Position numbers and translations under genes: made by a program | NCBI GenBank assembly: GCA_965644495.1 | Contig: CBFFSA010000006.1 | Span: forward strand, 62,001 to 126,000 | Length of the DNA: 64,000 nt | Origin: Perkinsela sp. CCAP 1560/9 | Lineage: Eukaryota; Protista; Euglenozoa: Kinetoplastea | Reading direction: 5' to 3' | Notes under the pieces: model-generated | What the model saw: only the letters and a program-made list of their open reading frames with translations | The model's database searches: none | What the model was told of the DNA's origin: nothing | Part shown: piece by piece, positions 35,484 to 48,973 of the stretch | Layout of the letters: each line of letters opens with the position of its first letter | Position numbering within the stretch: the stretch's first letter is position 1

Positions 35484-36528
35484 CTATCGATCCCGTCCTG
35501 GCGACTTCGCTCGTTTTTTCGACTTTTTGGTTGAGGGGATAGGAAATTCCCTTAGCGCTTCCCGATACTGCGTTCTAATTAGCTCGCGTCTTTCCCTTTC
35601 CGTTCGAGAAGGAGCCTCAAAGTCACAAAAACATTGCTCAACAGGGGGTCGCGCAAAAGCTAATTTTCCGTCTTCATTAGCCCAAAATTGGACAGTTGAT
35701 GGATCAATCAATATTTTTTTCTCCAGCGCGAACGTTAAGCACTCCACATTACACATAAGTCGGAAAAGTTTTGATGTAGTTGAGTGGCTTCACTGGCAAA
35801 AATGCATAAACTTATGACAGTCAATATATGCATTGAATCTCTCTATTGTCACACGCAGGGAAGCAAAGTACTTATTAAATTTTGCCTCCTCTGCCCCCAG
35901 TGTTCATTGTCCTGACGGCGCGCTTGAAAGGTGATATCGTATGAGAATTCGACATGTAAGCCAAGTCTGCGGCGATTAAGTCATGCTCGTTGTGCGGCAT
36001 GGCCTCTTTTGTGACCCATTCTTTCCTCGGTAGATGTGAGGGTACGGAACTTTTAGAATCATGCTGCGCACCGATTGATGGCCCCTGGTACCAGATTGGT
36101 TGTCCTGCCACATTTAAATAAATCTGAATCTGTAGAACTTTAGTTTTATGTTTTCCGCTCTACGTATTTTTGTCTCCCCGCACATACATGTATATCGGTG
36201 TTCCATCCACTATGGCCGTCACATGCTTGAATTGTAGGTGCTGATACATCAAGCGTCTCTCAGGCTGACTGAGGTTGACTTTAAAATATGCGTTGAGGGC
36301 CTTGTGCATTTTCTCCCTACACGTAGTATCGGGCCTGACTTCATCGAACCACATTCGCATTATAAATCTGGCCTGATCATCAGTGCAATTCATATGCATG
36401 ACAATTAATGCAGATAGAACTCCATATGAGTCATAGACTCCTATTTTATGCATTAAGTGTTGCACAACGGTGCGCGTAAATCCAGTGAAAGTAAGGCACT
36501 CTTCGTCGGTCGGAATAGGAAATTTCAT
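35484..36528 (-). pseudogene. PIF/Harbinger (DDE_Tnp_4-type) transposase, decayed
   Basis: AIVDGTPI...*SGKHK...GAQHDS...IAADLAY...RVTIERFN, read across stops and frameshifts. Confidence 0.8.
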
Positions 36529-37141
36529 TTGATAAAAATAGAAAGGAACTAATACCAGCTAACATAAAGAATAGCTCACGTAAAATTACGAAATTTGTCG
36601 AATTTTACTAAAAGAAAACTAAAATTCGGGCCGCTTCACGCCGCGTGTATTTCAGGGGAATAAAGATACTGTGACCCCCCCTTTTAATATGGACAGGGGG
36701 TATCCCCCCCTTTTTTATGGACAAATCCGACCGCGCGCCGCGGAGCGGCGCCAATTTTGTTTTGCCACTTTTTCGTTTTTTTCCTCTTTTTTAGGGTATC
36801 TGTAGCTAGCTAATTTCGTCAGCTTTCAAATCACACAAAGGAGAAAAGGGGACGAACTGAGCTTAATAATTCCCGGCTCACGAAAAGTGACCCCCCACTT
36901 TGTTGCATTTTTCAGATCTCATCAAGAGAATTTTGTGCGCCCAGGACGGGCTAAAACAAAGAACAATGAGCTTGTTTAGATTACAATTACTGTGCCCCCC
37001 ACTTATTTGTAGTAGTAGTAGTAGTAACTTTGAATTGCTTAATTTAGAAGTAATTAAATGCAGTAGTACGTATTGCCGAGTAACATTGATATAGTATCAC
37101 CCAGTAACATTGAATGTATGCCTTGTTTATTCTTTTTTTTT

Positions 37142-37525
37142 TCAGAAATCAGGAGGAACCCATTGCTCGCTAAGATTCCAACGAAATAGAACATACTTGT
37201 CTGATACCTTAAACAAAACACGATACATGTTATTTACTACATGTATAGCACAAGTGTTTTCGCCGGGACTTTGCTGTGGATATGCTACATTTCTTATCTC
37301 ATAAGCTTCGGGGGGCACGTTGAAATGCTTGCTCATACGCTCTTTGAATTTTATGATGTTGTCATGATATGACTCAGATGCATATCCGACAAAACTATCG
37401 TATATCACGCACCCTTGAATATAAACAAGAATGAAATGATATGCGTAGTAGAGGCATGCAAAAATGGTCGTGCTACGCGATAGCTGTCGTGGAAACTTAT
37501 CTTGTCCAAGAATGAAAGAAATCAT
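37142..37525 (-). pseudogene. Ulp1/C48-like cysteine protease domain fragment
   Basis: YHFIL...IYDS...YPQQSPGENTCAIHV keeps the H-D-Q-C order of clan CE proteases. Confidence 0.7.
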
Positions 37526-37939
37526 GACCCCCTTGCGTTAGTTAGTTTAACTCGTTAAACTCCTTATCCGGCTCGTCAGACCACATCCCCCACAGCTCCA
37601 GCCCTTGTTTCCGAATCTTTCCCCCCACCATCTGCGCGGGCTCGTTAGGCTCGTCTTTCCGACGAAAAACCGCACGCACTCTTACCACTGGTCGTTCGCC
37701 TGTCGCAATCATCAATTTTTTTCTAACGACTGTACACAACTGATTTAAAGATTGGGTGGGTAACGGCTCGGTAGGCGCTAGGTCGTCTGCCCCTGGTGTT
37801 ACATTTCGAGAATTACGCAAGGATCCTTGCCCGCTCTCGTGGCCATGTATTTTACAGTTTAGATATTTGGGGGCTATCTATATAACTATCTATATAACTC
37901 GCACAACTTTCGTCATCCGGAAAGTTCACCCAAACTGCA

Positions 37940-38425
37940 GACATATCCAGTTACATAGACACATCTGATCACACAGAGAACCAAATCCACACAAACTCAT
38001 GCAGTCACACAGGCACCTAACTTACACAGACTCACCTACTCACACAGACAACTAAACTCACAGTCTCATCTTGTCACACAGCCACCCAAAACTCACATAG
38101 ACTCACCTGGTCACACAGACACCCAACACACAGTATCGTCTAGTCACATTGACACACTCAAAACTCACACAGAGTCATCTAGTCACACAGACACTCAAAC
38201 TCAGACTCATCTAGTCGCACAGACACCCAAACTCGCACAGACACCCAAACTCGCACAAACTCATCTAGTCACACAGACAACTAAACTCACACGAGTTCAT
38301 CTAGTTACACAGACAACCAAACTCACACAGACTCATCTAGTCACACAGACAACTAAACTCACACGAGTTCTTCTAGTCACACAGATAACCAACTGACACA
38401 GACTAATCTGGTCACATAGACATCA
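37940..38425. repeat. Degenerate C/A-rich satellite, unit about 36 bp (CTCACACAGACTCATCTAGTCACACAGACACCCAAA)
   Basis: TCACACAGAC and CATCTAGTCAC cores recur; plus strand is G-poor. Confidence 0.85.
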
Positions 38426-39054
38426 AAACAAAATTCGTTGCAAATTCTTCGCAGGTGACCTTGACACGTGACAAATCACGCAGGTGACCTTGACACGGAC
38501 ATCTCATCACGTAGAAGTTGTAGTCATATACAAGTACTCGCACACATAACTTTACAAATTGTTTTCTCCTCGCTCCTCCCCTGGACCCCGTGTATACACT
38601 TATGTATGCACAGGGTCCTTCCCCAGGCTTGGGACTGGGTAATGCGGAGCTATGAAGCGCCCTTCACCTAAGCAATAAATTGGTATTTGCTTCCATCTGC
38701 CAATCATTTGTAGCAAATTCTGCCCAGAGGTCTGACTTTACAACATGGACAAACTGATTTGTTGCCGAAGTCACAGCCTTGAAGGCAAAGAATCACATAT
38801 TCCTCGGTAATATTTATCAAGCACTGACTTCATCAAAAGAATACATGCAAATATGACACAACCAGAACAATCCATATCAGGTGCAATTCCAATAAAAAAA
38901 GAGAATAAATTATGAGGTAGCAATCTATTTCGATAAAATATACCATACTATGTTGTTCTGAGAACTGTTCTTTGTTCCCAGAACACCGAGAACACCATTC
39001 TATGAACCCACTTTACATGAAAAGTTTCGATGAACTTTGAAAAAAAAATAGAAT

Positions 39055-39360
39055 CATCCAGCGAGCCGTTGTTGCATCGACTTCACCGTAGAAAATACGC
39101 TTCTTATGGGCGGATCTGGAGAACATGATCCAGTCCCGCGGATTTTTATTAAAGGATTTACCAGAGAGTAGGCGACGCATGCCATCCTGTATGAACGACC
39201 GACGTGCGACAGCTTCATCCGAGTCATTAATTTCACCGAGAAGACTTTGTTGCTTCGAAATGTGACTTGTTGCTAGTCCCAATATAGCGTATTCATGTCG
39301 CAAGTAACCGGCGAATTGATACTGTTTTCCTACAGAGACAATATCAACACGATTGGCTGC
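39055..39360 (-). pseudogene. Remnant of a second YR-retroelement RT/RNase H connection region
   Basis: QFAGYLRH...ILG...ISK.QS..GEI...RDW.MFS...KR.F...VDAT..RW aligns by eye with 46350-47684. Confidence 0.8.
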
Positions 39361-40919
39361 AAAATAATGACGACCCACATCACACCACCACTCATATTCG
39401 TCCGCGTGTAGGGGCGGATCCCATATGTCATACCTTTGCGGGTCCGACGGGTCCCGACCTATGTGGGTCCATGGACCCAGGTCCGTGCTGGTCTGGACCC
39501 AGGTCCGGGATCCCCCGGTCCCACTTGGATGGTCAGCCTCAAGTTTCAATTTAAATCGCTGGTTTTATTGGAAAACTAACACAGTGAAGGTCATATTTAC
39601 TTCACAGACAGTTCGCTCTGGTTGTTGCATACCTTCCGGGCTAAGAGGGGGGCAACGTGCCTGTAGTTTCATCTTACAAATGTGTAGCATTGGTACAATA
39701 TTACGTACTTAACATCAAAAATCTTTTGATGATAACAACATTGGATACATGCAGTGCCCCTACAATCCTACACAAGGGCAAACGTTTCTTCCTCTTTTCC
39801 TTTCCTACTCTCTATCTCTCTCCCCGGCTCTCGCCATTGACCCGCTGCAAACGCGGCAGCCGGCTTCACAAGGATTTCAGTCATGGGACAGCCCCATCTA
39901 CCTCGGCCCCTAGAGGACAATCTGCCTCCCCTCTACGGGGGAGGTTCTTCAACACTGTCTTCGTCCTGTTGAACATTTACAAACTCTGTAATCTTGCGTT
40001 GCTTAGCGGGCATTCTGTTTTGTAATAGCGTATGCGATGCCCGATCGATGTTATCGCGTTCCCGTGCATTTCGCGTACTTTGTGCCATTGGGGGTACCAC
40101 ATCGTCTGGCTCCTCAAACTGATAATCAATGTTTCTAATGGAAGCTGTGCAAGGATGAAGGTAACCTAATCTGTTAAATGCAGCAAGAACAACATCCGGA
40201 CGAGATAAGGAGGACTCCATAACATTCCGAAGATCCTGCAGAACTATCTTCTGTCTCAGTTTCATTGGAGTCATCTGTTCCAGAAGATTCGCTTGCTTCT
40301 GTTTCAAAAGAATTTTCCTCAGATCTTGCTTCGTTGAGTGTCGCATCACTTGTGCTAATATTGGAAGAATCATCATCTGACAACGCGTCCGCTCAAACAG
40401 AGCTTGCTTCACCGTCGCTCGGAACAACACAATATGTTATTCCCCTTGAAGTTTCCCGATGAAATTCCTTCTGCAATTCAAAAAGATTTTGCAAATCAAG
40501 ACGGTGATCCGCCAAGGTCATTTCAAAAAATTGTGAACAATAAAAAATGTGAACAATAACCGTCGGGGGGGGGTTACATGGTTTATGAGGACAAGGGTTG
40601 CTAAAAATCACCACACTTTCTCACGAGGAGATGACGACCGCTGAGTTAAATCCACGTATTCTCGACATTCTGAGAACAATGTTCTTTGGTTCTGAGAACC
40701 AGAACGTGTTCTTGTTCTCAGAACAACAATGTATATTATACCCCAAACTGGGTATTTGGGTCATGGACAACCACTGTAGTACACTGAAATATACATTTTC
40801 GAGACCCACAAAATGTCTAAAACGCCTAAAAATAGCGTTTTCTTGCTCATTTCGCACCGACGAAACGAAGAGGAAATTTTTGTTTTTGCTATTCGTTTTG
40901 GGTACATTTTCATGTTCAT

Positions 40920-41304
40920 CCCGAATAATACAGGCAGGCGAAAATTGTTGTGCTACGTGATAGCGGGGAAATTTTCCCTGTCCTAAAATGATGAAAGGGG
41001 TTTCATCAATGCTCAAGAATTCAACATCATCAGAATGATTCTTTGTCTGATAAACTGTTAGCACCTTTTCGCACAAATGGTCAAGCTTGTGCGGCGGAAC
41101 CATAGTCGACTTGCAACGCAATGACTTCCATTCATCAGTTATTGAAGCAAGAGGTGCAGCTGAAGCAGGAGGTACCTTTGATTTAGCACTGCTTAAAGCC
41201 GATCGGATGTTGGCATGAACAACGATAAGGGGAACAGCTGTTTTCACGACTACTGGCTTGGAATCGTCAGAGGCAAGTGCTCTGATCGCTCGATCATCTT
41301 CCTT
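40920..41304 (-). pseudogene. Fragment of a Ulp1-associated ORF, interrupted by the YR element and continuing at 48231-48390
   Basis: DEWK...VPPHKLDHLCEKV...LGQGKFP aligns with 30072-30542; after a frameshift LSRSTTIFACLYY is identical to the 37142 copy. Confidence 0.7.
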
Positions 41305-41721
41305 CCTGTTGGAGGTTCGGGGTCTCCTTTAACCCTGCTAAACCGGTCCAAAGCCCGGGGCTATGTAAAAAAAATACATAGAAAGGTGATGGAAGGATTT
41401 GCAACCTTATGAAAAGTGTAAAATTGAAAATTGTTGTAGTTGTTTTGCTCTGTATCACTTTATTTATACATGCATGATAATTCAAGGTCGTGCAGCGCGG
41501 ACATTGTAGCCGTAAACAAAAATATACTTTATGTTGTACTTTAAATGTGCTTTATATTGTGTGTGGATGATATACAGTTACGTGTAGTATACTGTATATT
41601 ATAGTGTATTTACATGCATATGAAGATACATACATACATACGTGTATATACACGTATGCACACATGTGAGTTAAAGAAAAAGGAGGAGGGGGGGACGCGT
41701 CCGACCCAAGGACTTTGTCCC

Positions 41722-41914
41722 TAGCAGGGTTAAAGGAGACCCCGAACCTCCAACAGGAAGTACCGCGTATGGAGCCGATTGTGCGCCCGCACTTCGAGCG
41801 AGATGCGCACACTTCCTGCTGAGGGCAGGGGTCGGACACCACAACCGTAAGATGCAGCGCGGTTGCTACGTTACTAGGTAAACATACAGTTTTTAGAAAC
41901 ATAGAGTTTTTGTT
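41722..41914 (-). repeat. Internal complementary region: antisense copy of the right-end/left-end circle junction
   Basis: Minus strand reads ...CATACGCGGTA-CTT-CCTGTTGGAGG..., which is the right terminus fused to the left terminus. Confidence 0.9.
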
Positions 41915-42029
41915 TTCTACAACTCAGTTCAAATAAGAAATTGAATTATGATAAATTGAATTAATTGAATAATTTGCAGTTTAATGAATAAACTAGATTC
42001 CAGCAGGGTATGAAGCTTGATGTAGAGTT

Positions 42030-42420
42030 AGTTCTTGTCTCATATGGCTTTAAATCCTGCAACGCAGGTGACCTTAGATTTCATAGTTAGATCTTAAGAC
42101 ATCTTGTCTCACGTAGCACTTTTAAATCCTGCAAAACAGGTACTTTAGATTCAAAGTTAGATCTTTGGGACATCGTGTCTTGCATAGACTTTTAAAACCC
42201 TGCAAGGCAGGTAATGTACATTTAGATTCATAGTTTATCTTGAGACGTCTTGTCTCACACAGAAGAAGTTCTTAATTCCTCCAAGGCAAGCTCATTAGAT
42301 TCATAACTAGATCTTTGAGACGTCTTGTCTCGCATAGCCTAAAAATCCTGCGACTCTCATAGAAAGCCTGCAATGCAAGCACAGATTCAGAGTTAGATCT
42401 TTTGCGAGGTTCTCATAGTT
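42030..42420. repeat. Degenerate tandem array of about 70-bp units (5-6 copies)
   Basis: TTTAAATCCTGCAA.GCAGG...TTAGATTCATAGTTAGATCTT.GAGAC.TCTTGTCTC recurs. Confidence 0.8.
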
Positions 42421-42462
42421 CAGTTTTCTTAAAATTTACATTTATTAGTCGCACTACTTGAT

Positions 42463-43178
<716 letters not shown>

Positions 43179-43937
43179 TTTAGTTTGTTAGATGCTAAAT
43201 TAAGTTACTAAGTTAGTAAAGATCGTGGTTTGGTTAGTGAAAGAAGTTGGTTAGTGGGTTAGATTATAAACTTGCGAATATTGGTTCAATTTAGCCGATT
43301 GTTCGTTAATTTCCTCCTAAATCGTGACAAAGGGAAAACTCGACCCGGAACCAAGAGTCAAAACCTAGTCCAATTATAGGGCAACATGGTTTTAGCAAGA
43401 AACGGATTTTACTATAGCGAAAATGTGCACGATTTCATACTCTTCTTTAATTCTGAGATACTCTAATTCTGAGACATAATCTTTTAGCTGAGCGAAAAAT
43501 TCTGGTTTCGTCCTATTTTTTTCGTCCTATTGTTATCCTATTAGCGGCGTTTTCTTTGCAATGTTAGTTTCATTGTTCGTGCAGCCAATTTCATATTAAC
43601 TTTCTGTTCAAGTTGATGCTTACACATGAGTTTTCATTACATACCAGTAGTATTTATAATAAATAAAAGAAAAACACTTTCAATAGCGGGGTTTTGTTTC
43701 CTTTCTTATTCAAATTTCTTAAGCATTCCGGCGGAGGAAAAATTCTCTATAGTAGTACTTTTACATACGTATCAAATACAAAGTAGTTGTTCTACAGTTC
43801 ACTTCTAGTCATGAAAGGTTACAAGTATAGTGCAAGTATAGCATCACGAAATATAGCGTAGAAGGCATAGAAGATACCTCTTTACGGGGTGTTTGGCGTT
43901 ACAGCCAGGTAGATCTGAGTGAGATTACGTAACCATA

Positions 43938-44803
43938 CAGGGGTGAGGGTCTAAAGGTGGGGGGGCCTAAAATTCGTAAAAGTTGTCGAATTTCGGAAAA
44001 TAATAGCGCATTGGATAGCTCTCACAGAGTTGTATGTTTTAGGCACATTAAAATCCTGCGATTTTAACGTACATATTTTTTGATACCATATTTCGCTTTT
44101 TTCCCTTGCAGAAATTACATTTTTTACTAGAAAATGCCCCAATAGCGCGCTCGCTCGAGGACTTCCCGTGGAGTACTGAGCGATAGATCGTATTCTTCCC
44201 CCGCATGAGAACACTGTAAAACGTTGGGTTGAACAATGTAAAACGTTGGGTTTTACCCTTACAGGTGACGTGTTAACGGCATCCCGAGAGCGTGTTTCGA
44301 CGGTGGTTACCCCTGCGTTCCTGGATGTGGCTCTTAAGCTTGTCGACGAGGGGTATGACCTTGTTTACGGCGTAGAGAGCTGGAGCGCTCTTCTGGTCTG
44401 TGATGGACACAGACAAAAATCTTCTTCGACCCCGAAATCGACAGCAACTGGAAGCCGCTATTGAGGGGTCTTTCCTTAAATTGAAACAGACCCACTCTGC
44501 AACGGTTCAGAAAACGTTGAAGAGTTTCAGGAAGCGTTGTGAAATTGTTATTAGTCGGAACGGGGGGCACTGTGGTTACTAATTGTCTTTTGCAATCCAA
44601 ATTACAGAAATTATTGACACCACTAAAGTATTGCAATATGTGTTTTTGACCCTTACATGAAAGGGGGGTACCCCCCAAACCCCGGAAGCTACCTATCCTA
44701 AAACATACAACTCTGTGAGAGCTATCCAATGCGCTATTATTTTCCAAAATTGGACAACTTTTACGAATTTTAGACCCCCCCCACCTTTAGATTCGCACCC
44801 CTG
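43938..44803 (+). mobile_element. Internally deleted relative of the DD32E Tc1 element, nested in the YR element
   Basis: TIRs resemble those of 25360-26917; TA at 43936-7 and 44804-5; retains N-terminal remnants and the C-terminal LRPRNR...FRKRCEIVISRNGGHCGY. Confidence 0.9.
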
Positions 44804-44865
44804 TATGGGTTATTAGTTTATCAAGAATTATTGATTTTTATTATTAAATTGCACTACACGTACTG

Positions 44866-45732
44866 ATGGTACGACAAAGAACACAGCACGTACAAGACTC
44901 AGAAATTCGAGAAGGATACGAAAGATACCTTTCTCTCGACGTGCACCGCCACCTTGCTCAGCTTTCAGTTACGAGACAAACTGCTGCGAGACGAGAATGT
45001 TACTTCGCAAGGCTGGAAAGCCTCTTGCAGGTCCACGGCGGGTTTAATATACTTGAGAAACAATTTTTAGCCTTGTGCGCAAGTCTAGCGCGTTTCTATC
45101 GTGCCTCAACATTAGAATCATTTCGTGCCGCCCTCGTGTGGCGCCAGGTAGATATGCCCATAGAGGCATGCTGGACGCAATCTATTCGGTTCCGTAGACG
45201 ATTTAGAGGCGCACTGAAGCTTTGTTTGGATCCCGTGCCCCGGGGATCTGTAACGTTCAGTCAGTTGCGAACATTAACAAGTCGCTGCTCTGAGCGAGGG
45301 GAAATAGACTATGCCAGAGGTTTTATCGTCGCCTTTTACGGTTTGCTGCGACATAGCGAAATCACTTCCTTAAGACGAAGCGATATAGAGGTTAGTCACA
45401 CTGAGGCTTTGTTGCGCATCCGCGGGGGTAAAGGGCGGAGAAACAATGTCGTAGATATAGTTGTCCCAGAAGCTCACGATCTATTGGTCTACTTAAAGAC
45501 GTCGAGCAGCCACGAGTTACTCTTTCCTGGGTGGCAGAAGAAAAAGGCCAACATATTAATCAGCAATGAAGCGAAAAACCTACAATGGAATGTTCACCAG
45601 ACTTGGTCTTTCCACTCACTGCGCCATGGAGGTGCCGGACACCTTACTAGACAAGGAGTAGATCTTTAAACTCGTCTCCGACGAGGACGCTGGATGTCTG
45701 AGCAATCAGTATCTAATTATTCTATGGTGTAG
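44866..45732 (+). pseudogene. Tyrosine recombinase (one premature TAA before the catalytic Tyr)
   Basis: GLLRHSE, GGKG, FHSLRHGGA; after TAA at 45667-9 the frame continues RRGRWMSEQSVSNY to TAG at 45730-2. Confidence 0.88.
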
Positions 45733-45939
45733 CATAAGTATAGCACTCTAGTGCAGTGTACATACAGTATAGTTCCAAAATTCACTTATCTCCACAATAG
45801 ACTATAGCGTAATATTTGCACTGCGGGCAAACCGACACTACGCGTCGGATTCTTCACTCGCTGTCAGTATTTCAAGAACGAAACCTTATCATTTCGAGCT
45901 TGTACTTTTGTATTACCTCTTATTTCGCTCGCTCTACTC

Positions 45940-47684
45940 ATGCAAATGGATTCTCTTCTAGTCTCTGACAAGTCAGACCGTCCTGTCGAACCGGAATACT
46001 TTCTCCCTCCCTGCGATATCAGGCGGGGCCGTGGAGCGTACGCCACGGATAATGATGTTTTATGTCCGCTTGTGAACGTGGCCGGAATGAAACTTTGTTC
46101 TTCACTTTTTGAACATGCTCCTTTCGCGAAACGAGCGTTGGAACTTCTAAGCAAAGACCCATTTATGTCTAATTATGAAGTAAGAAAATTAAAAGAGACA
46201 CCAAACTCAGAGCGCTTCAGGTCGCATATACAAACGTTAGAGAAAGCAAAAGTTCTAGTGCCCGCCTCGTGGGAAGTGCCCCACGCTATAGGAAATTATA
46301 TGGCCGTACTCAAGGACCAAACTTACGTTAGGGCCATATTCGACTTGCGATGGACGAACGGATCACCGTTGACGATTTAGCATTTCATACCTTTGGCACC
46401 AGCGAACTGGTGAGAGCTCTCATTCAATTAGGTAATACTGCCCAATCAAAAATTAGATTTCTCCACGGGGACATAAAGAATATGTATTATCAAATACCCA
46501 TCTCAGCGGCCCTTAGTTATGCATGCTGTATTAGGCAAGGTAAAAGATTATTACGCCCTACAGTACTTCCTATGGGCTACAAACATGCCTGTAGCATTGC
46601 CCAGAGTCTCATGTGGGCTGTTTTGTCTTACTACGAATCGAGCGATGTAGTCTTGACCGGGGTGCAAGAAATGAATAGTATGAATGAAATGCAGGGCATC
46701 GTTTACCTTCCCGACGGAGGCTTTATCGCCTTACTTTACGACTCATTTCTTTTTGCCATAACTGAACTTATGCTTAAACATTGGGAGGCTCGTTTATCTA
46801 GAAACTTTCAAGTCTTTAACTTAGTTCCAAAATACATACGGCGGGAATGTTGCACATGCGAGTTTACATTTTGTGGCATAGAAATAGCACAAAAAGAAGG
46901 AAAAACTTATTGGAAAGTGGACCCCTCAACTCAAAGAACATGGTCTTCAATGTCCCAACTACTACATTCGAACACTCCTCGCATTCTATTTCAGTTTGCG
47001 GGCTACCTTCGACATGCACATACAATATTAGGTATCGCTCCTCGGGAGCTCGGGCGCATCTCAAAGCTACAAAGTGATCAGGGAAAAATAGAGAATTGGG
47101 ATGCAAGAATACTCCCCGAATCTGTATCTGCTCTTGTTGTTCGCATGGTGCAACACGTTGCTCATGTCAACGAAAAAGCACGAGACTGGCAAATGTTTTC
47201 CAATCCCACATTAAATAAAAGAGTTTACTTTGCAGCAGTAGATGCCACACCCACGCGATGGGCTGTTTGGCCAATGAAAAAAGGCGAAGTTTCACGAGAT
47301 GAAATTATATATCAAGCTTGTAAACTCGAAATTGTGTTAGCGGAAGCCACAGCCATAGCTAATGCTATTCGAAGCGCCCACAGCAAAGGTTTCCAATTTA
47401 TTGTAATTGCCAATGATAATACGGCCGCATGTCACTCGTTTGTTAAGGGATACTCCCCACTAGATGCGCTTGATCATATAATAAAAGGTTGTCAGAATTT
47501 CAAAGGGAAGTTGATTCTATGTGATATTCCTAGCGAGGAAAACATCGCGGATGTTGGAACTCGACCAGAGAAGATATACTCTGAATCAGAATACACCTTT
47601 AGGAGCTATCAGTCTTGGAATCGACTATGCCATGCGTGGGATAATTATAGGATTTTGGGCACGACATTCACCAGTCGAAAATAA
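45940..47684 (+). pseudogene. DIRS-type reverse transcriptase plus RNase H (one frameshift near 46370)
   Basis: AVLK...RAIFDLR, GDIKNMYYQIPI, LPMG, FCG; RNase H AVDAT, LAEATA, NDNTAA, IPSEENIADVGTR. Confidence 0.88.
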
Positions 47685-48045
47685 GGATATAAATATTGAA
47701 TCCAGTCGGAACTCCTCACAGATTCCGTTCTATCATACTCATGACATTCTGTTACGTTCGACCTTAATCTTTGACTTATGCAAGGCTTCATACTATTTAA
47801 ACATATTTCGATTATCCCAACTTCAATTATTTACATACTTTTACACATTACTATGAAAATGCGGCGCTCGTGCTTGATCAGGAACCCTCCCAGTGGGATT
47901 GACACATGGTAGGCTAACTACGGAGTGTTCTCTGTCATTGGTGAAGGACCTAGGAGAGCCTTGCGTCCCCGTACCCGGAACAATTTCGGGAGCCGGAGTG
48001 GTACTTGCGGCGTTTGCATGTGGGGATTGCAGGCGCTCTTGTTAC

Positions 48046-48046
<1 letters not shown>

Positions 48047-48076
<30 letters not shown>
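48047..48076. repeat. (AAC)10 microsatellite abutting the terminal segment of the YR element
   Basis: Directly visible. Confidence 0.95.
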
Positions 48077-48078
<2 letters not shown>

Positions 48079-48973
48079 AAACTCTATGTTTCTAAAAACT
48101 GTATGTTTACCTAGTAACGTAGCAACCGCGCTGCATCTTACGGTTGTGGTGTCCGACCCCTGCCCTCAGCAGGAAGTGTGCGCATCTCGCTCGAAGTGCG
48201 GGCGCACAATCGGCTCCATACGCGGTACTTTTTTATTTTTTTGACTGCCTTCCTTTGAGAATAAGTTTGTTACTGGGCCTTGAAATTCCACGAGTACGTT
48301 GTCAAAGGTTTAAAAATGTATTCTGTTGCCTTCGCAAGGATTCCTTTCCTACAGTGTATGCTTCCCCCAGGTTTCCTTGTGTGCTTGGTCAATCAGTTGC
48401 ATAGTAACTTTTCTGACTTTTGGACATCAAGGCGCCCACGTGTCAAACGGAAATCATCGAAAGGACACAAAATCATCGAAGGTGTTTTAATTTGTTTTGG
48501 GGGAGATTCTGCCATATCTTCGGACTGGGCAGTGGTCACAAGCTGCAAATATGAATTTTAGATAAAAAAATAGGAAAGACAGTAGAAACGTGAAAGAAAA
48601 AAATTTCCGAGGATACGAATTTTCACTGCGCTATGATTAATATACAGTACAGAAAGAATAATATAAAACTGATTTGATTAAGCGCGCGTGAGAGGATTAC
48701 CTGGAGAGTATATCGCCTAGGATTTGCATGACACTAAGAAAACCACAGAAAACTCAGATACGAGGATAGATAAAAAAATATACACAAAAAACTGTTGCCG
48801 TGGACGGAAGCTCGGAAGGTGGGGCATTGTAAAAAATGCCCCTGACCTATGGCCACTTCTCAGTGACCATAAATAAATGGAATATGTACAGGAAAACATA
48901 TGCACAGAAACGAACAGACTTTCAAGATTATAAATTAGATTGACAAGACAAAAAACTTTTGCAAAATCTGAAA

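Noticed and set aside
42030-42420. CRISPR-like or RT-associated spacer array
   Set aside because: The whole unit repeats with decay, there are no unique spacers and no cas genes. The same applies to 1071-1225, 24803-25051 and 37940-38425.
44866-45732. Prophage or bacterial integrase contamination
   Set aside because: It is directly followed by DIRS-type RT-RNase H and embedded in eukaryotic transposons, and no phage genes are present.
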